Assembly: GCF_009914755.1 (NCBI RefSeq)
Contig: NC_060925.1
Direction: 5' to 3' (one strand)
Source of the DNA: the human T2T-CHM13v2.0 reference genome, Homo sapiens
DNA: 64,000 nucleotides
A program made the translations under genes and the position numbers. Of the stretch, positions 43,780 to 57,100 are shown one piece after another. The notes under the pieces were generated by a model. The model made no database searches. It was given only the letters and a program-made list of their open reading frames with translations, and was not told the DNA's origin. How positions within the stretch are numbered: position 1 is the stretch's first letter; every line of letters begins with the position of its first letter.

Positions 43780-46700
43780 TGGAATTATGATCAAAGGGAA
43801 TCGAATATAATCATCATCAAATGGAATCAAAAATAACCATCATCAATTGGTATTGAATGGAATTGTCATCAAATGGAATTCAAAGGAATCATCACCAAAT
43901 GGAACCGAATGGAATCCTCATTGAATGGAAATGAAAGGGGTCATCATCTAATGGAATCGCATGGAATCATCATCAAATGGAATCGAATGGAATCATCATC
44001 AAATGGAATCTAATGGAATCATTGAACAGAATTGAATGGAATCGTCATCGAATGAATTGAATGCAATCATCTCAGGGTCTCGAATGGTATCATCTTCTAA
44101 TGGAAAGGAATGGAATCATCGCATAGAATCGAATGGAATTAACACTGAATGGACTCGAATGGAATCAACATCAAACGGAATCAAGCGGAATTATCGAAAG
44201 GAATCGAGGAGAATCATCGAATGGACTCGAATGGAATCATCTAATGGAATGGAATGGAATAATCCACGGAAACGAATGCAATCATCATCTTATAGCATCG
44301 AATGGAATCATCGAATGGACTCGAATGGAATAATCATTGAACGGAATCTAATGGAATCATCATCGGATGGAAACGAATGGAATCATCATCGAATGGAAAT
44401 GAAAGGAGTCATCATCTAATGGAATTGCATGGAATCATCATAAAATGGAATCGAATGGAATCAACATCAAATGGAATCAAATGGAATCATTGAACGGAAT
44501 TGAATGGAATCGTCATCGAATGAATTGAATGCAATTATCGAATGGTCTCGAATGGAATCATCTTCAAATGGAATGGAATGGAATCATCGCATAGAATCGA
44601 ATGGAATTATCATTGAATGTTATCGAATGGTATCAAAAACAAACGGAACAAAACGGAATTATCGAATGGAATCGAAGAGAATCATCGAACGGACCCGAAT
44701 GGAATCATCTAATGGAATGGAATGGAATAATCCATGGACTCGAATGCAATCATCATCGAATGGAATCGAATGGAATCATCGAATGGACTCGAATGGAATA
44801 ATCATTGAACGGAATTGAATGGAATCATCATCGGATGGAAACGAATGGAATCATCATCGAATGGAAATGAAAGGAGTCATGTAATGGAATTGCATGGAAT
44901 CATCATAAAATGGAATCGAATGGAATAAACATCAATTGGAATCCAATGGAATCATTGAACGGAATTCAATGGAATCGTCACCGAATGAATTGAATGCAAT
45001 CATCGAATGGTCTCGAATGGAATCATCTTCAAATGGAATGGAGTGGAATCATCGCATAGAATCGAATGGCATTATCATCGAATGGAATCGAATGGAATCA
45101 ACATCAAACGGAAAAAAACGGAATTTTCGAATGGAATCGAAAGAATCATCGAATGGACCCGAATGGAATCATCTAATGGAATGGAATGGAATAATCCATG
45201 GACTCGAATGCAATCATCATCGAATGGAATCGAATGGAAACATCGAATGGACTCGAATGGAATAATCATCGAACGGAAACGAATGGAATCATCATCGGAT
45301 GGAAATGAATGGAAACATCATCGAATGGAATCGAATAGAATTATGGAATGAAATCCAGTGTGATCATCATCGAATGGACCCGAATGGAATCATCATCCAA
45401 CGGAAGCTAATGGAATCAACATCGAATGAATCGAATGGAAACACCATCGAATTGAAACGAGTAGAATTATCATGAAATTGAAATGGATGGGCTCATCATC
45501 GAATGGATTCGAATGGAATCATCGAATAAAATTGATTGAAATCATCATCAAATGGAATCGAATGGTATCATTGAATGGAATCGAATGGAATCATCATCAG
45601 ATGGAAATGAATGGAATCGTCATAGAATGTAATCGAATGGATTCATTGAATGGAATCAGATGGAATCATCGAATGGACTGGAATGGAATCATTGAATGGA
45701 CTCGAAAGGGATCATTATTGAATGGAATTGAATGGAATCATGGAATGGTCTCGATTGGAATCATTATCAAATGGAATCGAATGGAATCACCGAATAGAAT
45801 CGAATGGAACAATCATCGAATGGAGTAAAATGGAATTATCCTCAAATGGAATCGAATGGAATTATCGAATGGAATCGAATGGAATTATCGAATGCAATCA
45901 AATAGAATCATCGAATGGACTCGAATGGAATCATCGAATGGAATGGAATGAAACAGTCAATGAACTCGAATGGAATCATCATTGAATGGAATCGAATGGA
46001 ATCATCGAGTGGAATCGAATGGAATTATGATCAAATGGAATCGAATGTAATCTTCAACAAATGGAATCAAAGATAACCATCATCAATTGGTATTGAATGG
46101 AATTGTCATCAAATGGAATTCAAAGGAATCATCATCAAATGGAACCGAATGGAATCCTCATTGAATGGAAATGAAAGGGGTCATCATCTAATGGAATCGC
46201 ATGGAATCATCATCAAATGGAATCTAATGGAATCATCATCAAATGGAATCTAATGGAGTCATTGAACAGAATTGAATGGAATCGTCATCGAATGAATTGA
46301 ATGCAATCATCGAATGGTCTCGAATGGAATCATCTTCTAATGGAAAGGAATGGAATCACCGCATAGAATCGAATGGAATTAACATTGAATGGACTCGAAT
46401 GGAATCCACATCAAACGGAATCAAGCGGAATTATCGAATGGAATCGAAGAGAATCATCGAATGGACTCGAATGGAATCATCTAATGGAATGGAATGGAAT
46501 AATCCACGGACTCGAATGCAATCATCATCGTATAGAATCGAATGGAATCATTGAATGGACTCGAATGGAATAATCATTGAACGGAATCGAATGGAATCAT
46601 CATCGGATGGAAACGAATGGAATCATCATCGAATGGAAAAGAAAAGAGTCATCATCTAATGGAATTGCATGGAATCATGATAAAATGGAATCGAATGGAA

Positions 46701-49700
46701 TCAACATCAAATGGAATCAAATGGAATCATTGAACGGAATTGAATGGAATCGTCATCGAATGAATTGAATGCAATCATCGAATGGTCTCGAATGGAATCA
46801 TCTTCAAACGGAATGGAATGGAATCATCGCATAGAATCGAATGGAATTATCATCGAATGGAATCGAATGGAATCAACATCAAACGGAAAAAAACGGAATT
46901 ATCGAATGGAATCGAAGAGAATCATCGAATGGACCCGAATGGAATCATCTAATGGAATGGAATGGAATAATCCATGGACTCGAATGCAATCATCATCGAA
47001 TGGAATCGAATGGAATCATCGAATGGACTCGAATGGAATAATCATCGAACGGAATCGAATGGAATCATCATCGGATGGAAATGAATGGAATCATCATCGA
47101 ATGGAATCGAATAGAATTATGGAATGAAATCCAGTGTGATCATCATCGAATGGACCCGAATGGAATCATCATCCAACGGAAGCTAATGGAATCAACATCG
47201 AATGAATCGAATGGAAACACCATCGAATTGAAACGAATGGAATTATCATGAAATTGAAATGGATGGACTCATCATCGAATGGATTCGAATCGAATCATCG
47301 AATAAAATTCATTGAAATCATCATCAAATGGAATCGAATGGTATCATTGAATGGAATCGAATGGAATCATCATCAGATGGAAATGAATGGAATCGTCATA
47401 GAATGGAATCGAATGGATTCATTGAATGGAATCAGATGGAATCATCGAATGGACTGGAATGGAATCATTGAATGGACTCGAAAGGGATCATTATTGAATG
47501 GAATTGAATGGAATCATCGAATGGTCTCTATTGGAATCATTATCAAATGGAATCGAATGGAATCACCGAAAAGAATCGAATGGAACAGTCATCGAATGGA
47601 GTCAAATGGAATTATCCTCAAATGGAATCGAATGGAATTATCGAATGCAATCGAATGGAATTATCGAATGCAATCGAATAGAATCATCGAATGGACTCGA
47701 ATGGAATCATCGAATGGAATGGAATGGAACAGTCAATGAACTCGAATGGAATCATCATTGAATGGAATCGAATGGAATCATCGAGTGGAATCGAATGGAA
47801 TTATGATCAAAGGGAATCGAATGTAATCATCATCAAATGGAATCAAAAATAACCATCATCAATTGGTATTGAATGGAATTGTCATCAAATGGAATTCAAA
47901 GGAATCATCACCAAATGGAACCGAATGGAATCCTCATTGAATGGAAATGAAAGGGGTCATCATCTAATGGAATCGCATGGAATCATCATCAAATGGAATC
48001 GAATGGAATCATCATCAAATGGAATCTAATGGAATCATTGAACAGAATTGAATGGAATCGTCATCGAATGAATTGAATGCAATCATCTCATGGTCTCGAA
48101 TGGAATCATCTTCTAATGGAAAGGAATGGAATCATCGCATAGAATCGAAAGGAATTAACACTGAATGGACTCGAATGGAATCAACATCAAACGGAATCAA
48201 GCGGAATTATCGAATGGAATCGAGGAGAATCATCGAATGGACTCGAATGGAATCATCTAATGGAATGGAATGGAATAATCCACGGAAACGAATGCAATCA
48301 TCATCTTATAGCATCGAATGGAATCATCGAATGGACTCGAATGGAATAATCCTTGAACGGAATCGAATGGAATAATCATCGGATGGAAACGAATGGAATC
48401 GTCATCGAATGGAAATGAAAGGAGTCATCATCTAATGGAATTGCATGGAATCATCATAAAATGGAATCGAATGGAATCAACATCAAATGGAATCAAATGG
48501 AATCATTGAACGGAATTGAATGGAATCGTCATCGAATGAATTGAATGCAATCATCGAATGGTCTCGAATGGAATCATCTTCAAATGGAATGGAATGGAAT
48601 CATCGCATAGAATCGAATGGAATTATCATCGAATGTTATCGAATGGTATCAAAAACAAACGGAACAAAACGGAATTATCGAATGGAATCGAAGAGAATCA
48701 TCGAACGGACCCGAATGGAATCATCTAATGGAATGGAATGGAATAATCTATGGACTCGAATGCAATCATCATCGAATGGAATCGAATGGAATCATCGAAT
48801 GGACTCGAATGGAATAATCATTGAACGGAATTGAATGGAATCATCATCGGATGGAAACGAATGGAATCATCATCGAATGGAAATGAAAGGAGTCATGTAA
48901 TGGAATTGCATGGAATCATCATAAAATGGAATCGAATGGAATCAACATCAAGTGGAATCCAATGGAATCATTGAACGGAATTGAATGGAATCGTCATCGA
49001 ATGAATTGAATGCAATCATCGAATGGTCTCGAATGGAATCATCTTCAAATGGAATGGAGTGGAATCATCGCATAGAATCGAATGGAATTATCATCGAATG
49101 GAATCGAATGGAATCAACATCAAACGGAAAAAAACGGAATTTTCGAATGGAATCGAAAGAATCATCGAATGGACCCGAATGGAATCATCTAATGGAATGG
49201 AATGGAATAATCCATGGACTCGAATGCAATCATCATCGAATGGAATCGAATGGAATCATCGAATGGACTCGAATGGAATAATCATCGAACGGAATCGAAT
49301 GGAGTCATCATCGGATGGAAATGAATGGAATCATCATCGAATGGAATCGAATAGAATTATGGAATGAAATCCAGTGTGATCATCATCGAATGGACCCGAA
49401 TGGAATCATCATCCAACGGAAGCTAATGGAATCAACATCGAATGAATCGAATGGAAACACCATCGAATTGAAACGAATGGAATTATCATGAAATTGAAAT
49501 GGATGGACTCATCATCGAATGGATTCGAATGGAATCATCGAATAAAATTGATTGAAATCATCAACAAATGGAATCGAATGGTATCATTGAATGGAATCGA
49601 ATGGAATCATCATCAGATGGAAATGAATGGAATCGTCATAGAATGGAATCGAATGGATTCATTGAATGGAATCAGATGGAATCATCGAATGGACTGGAAT

Positions 49701-52700
49701 GGAATCATTGAATGGACTCGAAAGGATTCATTATTGAATGGAATTGAATGGAATCATCGAATGGTCTCGATTGGAATCATTATCAAATGGAATCGAATGG
49801 AATCACCGAATAGAATCGAATGGAACAATCATCGAATGGACTCAAATGGAATTATCCTCAAATGGAATCGAATGGAAATATCGAATGCAATCGAAGGGAA
49901 TTATCGAATGCAATCGAATAGAATCATCGAATGGACTCGAATGGAATCATCGAATGGAATGGAATGGAACAGTCAATGAACTCGAATGGAATCGTCATTG
50001 AATAGAATCGAATGGAATCATCGAGTGGAATCGAATGGAATTATGATCAAATGGAATCGAATGTAATCATCATCAAATGGAATCAAAAATAACCATCATC
50101 AATTGGTATTGAATGGAATTGTCATCAAATGGAATTCAAAGGAATCATCATCAAATGGAACCGAATGGAATCCTCATTGAATGGAAATGAAAGGGGTCAT
50201 CATCTAATGGAATCGCATGGAATCATCATCAAATGGAATCTAATGGAATCATCATCAAATGGAATCTAATGGAATCATTGAACAGAATTGAATGGAATCG
50301 TCATCGAATGAATTGAATGCAATCATCGAATGGTCTCGAATGGAATCATCTTCTAATGGAAAGGAATGGAATCACCGCATAGAATCGAATGGAATTAACA
50401 TTGAATGGACTCGAATGGAATCCACATCAAACGGAATCAAGCGGAATTATCGAATGGAATCGAAGAGAATCATCGAATGGACTCGAATGGAATCATCTAA
50501 TGGAATGGAATGGAATAATCAACGGACTCGAATGCAATCATCATCGTATAGAATCGAATGGAGTCATTGAATGGACTCGAATGGAATAATCATTGAACGG
50601 AATCAAATGGAATCATCATCGGATGGAAACGAATGGAATCATCATCGAATGGAAAAGAAAAGAGTCATCATCTAATGGAATTGCATGGAATCATCATAAA
50701 ATGGAATCGAATGGAATCAACATCAAATGGAATCAAATGGAATCATTGAACGGAATTGAATGGAATCGTCATCGAATGAATTGAATGCAATCATCGAATG
50801 GTCTCGAATGGAATCATCTTCAAATGGAATGGAATGGAATCATCGCATAGAATCGAATGGAATTATCATCGAATGGAATCGAATGGAATCAACATCAAAT
50901 GGAAAAAAACGGAATTATCGAATGGAATCGAAGAGAATCATAGAATGGACCCGAATGGAATCATCTAATGGAGTGGAATGGAATAATCCATGGACTCGAA
51001 TGCAATCATCATCGAATGGAATCGAATGGAATCATCGAATGGACTCGAATGGAATAATCATCGAACGGAATCGAATGGAATCATCATCGGATGGAAATGA
51101 ATGGAATCATCATCGAATGGAATCGAATAGAATTATGGAATGAAATCCAGTGTGATCATCATCGAATGGACCCGAATGGAATCATCATCCAACGGAAGCT
51201 AATGGAATCAACATCGAATGAATCGAATGGAAACACCATCGAATTGAAACGAATGGAATTATCATGAAATTGAAATGGATGGACTCATCATCGAATGGAT
51301 TCGAATCGAATCATCGAATAAAATTGATTGAAATCATCATCAAATGGAATCGAATGGTATCATTGAATGGAAGCGAATGGAATCATCATCAGATGGAAAT
51401 GAATGGAATCGTCATAGAATGGAATCGAATGGATTCATTGAATGGAATCAGATGGAATCATCGAATGGACTGGAATGGAATCATTGAATGGACTCGAAAG
51501 GGATCATTATTGAATGGAATTGAATGGAATCATCGAATGGTCTCTATTGGAATCATTATCAAATGGAATCGAATGGAATCACCGAAAATAATCGAATGGA
51601 ACAGTCATCGAATGGAGTCAAATGGAATTATCCTCAAATGGAATCGAATGGAATTATCGAATGCAATCGAAGGGAATTATCGAATGCAATCGAATAGAAT
51701 CATCGAACGGACTCGAATGGAATCATCGAATGGAATGGAATGGAACAGTCAATGAACTCGAATGGAATCATCATTGAATGGAATCGAATGGAATCATCGA
51801 GTGGAATCGAATGGAATTATGATCAAAGGGAATCGAATGTAATCATCATCAAATGGAATCAAAAGTAACCATCATCAATTGGTATTGAATGGAATTGTCA
51901 TCAAATGGAATTCAAAGGAATCATCACCAAATGGAACCGAAAGGAATCCTCATTGAATGGAAATGAAAGGGGTCATCATCTAATGGAATCGCATGGAATC
52001 ATCATCAAATGGAATCGAATGGAATCATCATCAAATGGAATCTAATGGAATCATTGAACAGAATTGAATGGAATCGTCATCGAATGAATTGAATGCAATC
52101 ATCTCATGGTCTCGAAGGGAATCATCTTCTAATGGAAAGGAATGGAATCATCGCATAGAATCGAATGGAATTAACACTGAATGGACTCGAATGGAATCAA
52201 CATCAAACGGAATCAAGCGGAATTATCGAATGGAATCGAGGAGAATCATCGAATGGACTCGAATGGAATCATCTAATGGAATGGAATGGAATAATCCACG
52301 GAAACGAATGCAATCATCATCTTATAGCATCGAATGGAATCATCGAATGGACTCGAATGGAATAATCATTGAACGGAATCGAATGGAATCATCATCGGAT
52401 GGAAACGAATGGAATCATCATCGAATGGAAATGAAAGGAGTCATCATCTAATGGATTTGCATGGAATCATCATAAAATGGAATCGAATGGAATCAACATC
52501 AAATGGAATCAAATGGAATCATTGAACGGAATTGAATGGAATCGTCATCGAATGAATTGAATGCAATCATCGAATGGTCTCGAATGGAATCATCTTCAAA
52601 TGGAATGGAATGGAATCATCGCATAGAATCGAATGGAATTATCATCGAATGTTATCGAATGGTATCAAAAACAAAGGGAACAAAAAGGAATTATCGAATG

Positions 52701-54150
52701 GAATCGAAGAGAATCATCGAACGGACCCGAATGGAATCATCTAATGGAATGGAATGGAATAATCCATGGACTCGAATGCAATCATCATCGAATGGAATCG
52801 AATGGAATCATCGAATGGACTCGAATGGAATAATCATTGAACGGAATTGAATGGAATCATCATCGGATGGAAACGAATGGAATCATCATCGAATGGAAAT
52901 GAAAGGAGTCATGTAATGGAATTGCATGGAATCATCATAAAATGGAATCGAATGGAATCAACATCAAGTGGAATCCAATGGAATCATTGAACGGAATTGA
53001 ATGGAATCGTCATCGAATGAATTGAATGCAATCATCGAATGGTCTCGAATGGAATCATCTTCAAATGGAATGGAATGGAATCATCGCATAGAATCGAATG
53101 GAATTATCATCGAATGGAATCGAATGGAATCAACATCAAACGGAAAAAAACGGAATTTTCGAATGGAATCGAAAGAATCATCGAATGGACCCGAGTGGAA
53201 TCATCTAATGGAATGGAATGGAATAATCCATGGACTCGAATGCAATCATCATCGAATGGAATCGAATGGAATCATCGAATGGACTCGAATGGAATAATCA
53301 TCGAACGGAAACGAATGGAATCATCATCGGATGGAAATGAATGGAAACATCATCGAATGGAATCGAATAGAATTATGGAATGAAATCCAGTGTGATCATC
53401 ATCGAATGGACCCGAATGGAATCATCATCCAACGGAAGCTAATGGAATCAACATCGAATGAATCGAATGGAAACACCATCGAATTGAAACGAATGGAATT
53501 ATCATGAAATTGAAATGGATGGACTCATCATCGAATGGATTCGAATGGAATCATCGAATAAAATTGATTGAAATCATCATCAAATGGAATCGAGTTGTAT
53601 CATTGAATGGAATCGAATGGAATCATCATCAGATGGAAATGAATGGAATCGTCATAGAATGGAATCGAATGGATTCATTGAATGGAATCAGATGGAATCA
53701 TCGAATGGACTGGAATGGAATCATTGAATGGACTCGAAAGGGATCATTATTGAATGGAATTGAATGGAATCATCGAATGGTCTCGATTGGAATCATTATC
53801 AAATGGAATCGAATGGAATCACCGAATAGAATCGAATGGAACAATCATCGAATGGACTCAAATGGAATTATCCTCAAATGGAATCGAATGGAATTATCGA
53901 ATGCAATCGAATGGAATTATCGAATGCAATCAAATAGAATCATCGAATGGACTCGAATGGAATCATCGAATGGAATGGAATGAAACAGTCAATGAACTCG
54001 AATGGAATCATCATTGAATGGAATCGAATGGAATCATCGAGTGGAATCGAATGGAATTATGATCAAATGGAATCAAATGTAATCTTCAACAAATGGAATC
54101 AAAGATAACCATCATCAATTGGTATTGAATGGAATTGTCATCAAATGGAA
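43780..54150 (+). repeat. Local 4016-bp higher-order repeat (2240+1776), about 2.5 copies
   Basis: Markers 44036/48052/52068, 44504/48520/52536, 45007/49023/53039, 46276/50292 and 47248/51264. Shared variants are CCACGGAAACG, TCTTATAGCATC, GAATGTTATCG and GAATTTTCGA. Confidence 0.88.
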
Positions 54151-57100
54151 TTCAAAGGAATCATCACCAAATGGAACCGAATGGAATCCTCATTGAATGG
54201 AAATGAAAGGGGTCATCATCTAATGGAATCGCATGGAATCATCATCAAATGGAATCTAATGGAATCATCATCAAATGGAATCTAATGGAATCATTGAACA
54301 GAATTGAATGGAATCGTCATCGAATGAATTGAATGCAATCATCTCATGGTCTCGAATGGAATCATCTTCTAATGGAAAGGAATGGAATCATCGCATAGAA
54401 TCGAATGGAATTAACACTGAATGGACTCGAATGGAATAAACATCAAACGGAATCAAGCGGAATTATCGAATGGAATCGAGGAGAATCATCGAATGGACTC
54501 GAATGGAATCATCTAATGGAATGGAATGGAATAATCCACGGAAACGAATGCAATCATCATCTTATAGCATCGAATGGAATCATCGAATGGACTCGAATGG
54601 AATAATCACTGAACGGAATCGAATGGAATCATCATCGGATGGAAACGAATGGAATCATCATCGAATGGAAATGAAAGGAGTCATCATCTAATGGAATTGC
54701 ATGGAATCATCATAAAATGGAATCGAATGGAATCAACATCAAATGGAATCAAATGGAATCATTGAACGGAATTGAATGGAATCGTCATCGAATGAATTGA
54801 ATGCAATCATCGAATGGTCTCGAATGGAATCATCTTCAAATGGAATGGAATGGAATCATCGCATAGAATCGAATGGAATTATCATCGAATGTTATCGAAT
54901 GGTATCAAAAACAAACGGAACAAAACGGAATTATCGAATGGAATCGAAGAGAATCATCGAACGGACCCGAATGGAATCATCTAATGGAATGGAATGGAAT
55001 AATCTATGGACTCGAATGCAATCATCATCGAATGGAATCGAATGGAATCATCGAATGGACTCGAATGGAATAATCATCGAACGGAAACGAATGGAATCAT
55101 GATCGGATGGAAATGAATGGAAACATCATCGAATGTAATCGAATAGAACTATGGAATGAAATCCAGTGTGATCATCATCGAATGGACCCGAATGGAATCA
55201 TCATCCAACGGAAGCTAATGGAATCAACATCGAATGAATCGAATGGAAACACCATCGATTTGAAACGAATGGAATTATCATGAAATTGAAATGGATGGAC
55301 TCATCATCGAATGGATTCGAATGGAATCATCGAATAAAATTGATTGAAATCATCATCAAATGGAATCGAATGGTATCATTGAATGGAATCGAATGGAATC
55401 ATCATCAGATGGAAATGAATGGAATCGTCATAGAATGGAATCGAATGGATTCATTGAATGGAATCAGATGGAATCATCGAATGGACTGGAATGGAATCAT
55501 TGAATGGACTCGAAAGGGATCATTATTGAATGGAATTGAATGGAATCATCGAATGGTCTCGATTGGAATCATTATCAAATGGAATCGAATGGAATCACCG
55601 AATAGAATCGAATGGAACAATCATCGAATGGAGTAAAATGGAATTATCCTCAAATGGAATCGAATGGAATTATCGAATGCAATCGAATGGAATTATCGAA
55701 TGCAATCGAATGGAATCATCGAATGGGATGGAATGAAACAGTCAATGAACTCGAATGGAATCATCCTTGAATGGAATCGAATGGAATCATCGAGTGGAAT
55801 CGAATGGAATTATGATCAAATGGAATCGAATGTAATCTTCAACAAATGGAATCAAAGATAACCATCATCAATTGGTATTGAATGGAATTGTCATCAAATG
55901 GAATTCAAAGGAATCATCACCAAATGGAACCGAATGGAATCCTCATTGAATGGAAATGAAAGGGGTCATCATCTAATGGAAACGCATGGAATCATCATCA
56001 AATGGAATCGAATGGAATCATCATCAAATGGAATCTAATGGAATCATTGAACAGAATTGAATGAAATCGTCATCGAATGAACTGAATGCAATCATCGAAT
56101 TGTCTCAAATGGAATCATCTTCTAATGGAAAGTAATGGAATCATCGCATAGAATCGAATGGAATTAACATTGAATGGACTCGAATGGAATCAACATCAAA
56201 CGGAATCAAGCGGAATTATCGAATGGAATCGAGGAGAATCATCGAATGGACTCGAATGTAATCATCTAATGGAATGGAATGGAATAATCCACGGACTCGA
56301 ATGCAATCATCATCTTATAGCATCGAATGGAATCATCGAATGGACTCGAATGGAATAATCACTGAACGGAATCGAATGGAATCATCATCGGATGGAAACG
56401 AATGGAATCATCTTCGAATGGAAATGAAAGGAGTCATCATCTAATGGAATTGCATGGAATCATCATAAAATGGAATCGAATGGAATCAACATCAAATGGA
56501 ATCAAATGGAATCATTGAACGGAATTGAATGGAATCGTCATCGAATGAATTGAATGCAATCATCGAATGGTCTCGAATGGAATCATCTTCAAATGGAATG
56601 GAATGGAATCATCGCATAGAATCGAATGGAATTATCATCGAATGTTATCGAATGGTATCAAAAACAAACGGAACAAAACGGAATTATCGAATGGAATTGA
56701 AGAGAATCATCGAACGGAATCGAAGAGAATCATCGAACGGACCCGAATGGAATCATCTAATGGAATGGAATGGAATAATCTATGGACTCGAATGCAATCA
56801 TCATCGAATGGAATCGAATGGAATCATCGAATGGACTCGAATGGAATAATCATCGAACGGAAACGAATGGAATCATCATCGGATGGAAATGAATGGAAAC
56901 ATCATCGAATGGAATCGAATAGAATTATGGAATGAAATCCAGTGTGATCATCATCGAATGGACCCGAATGGAATCATCATCCAACGGAAGCTAATGGAAT
57001 CAACATCGAATGAATCGAATGGAAACACCATCGAATTGAAACGAATGGAATTATCATGAAATTGAAATGGATGGACTCATCATCGAATGGATTCGAATGG

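Noticed and set aside
45075-45269. The only minus-strand ORF as a sign of inversion or an antisense gene
   Set aside because: The DNA remains GGAAT on +. The ORF arises from chance loss of stop codons.
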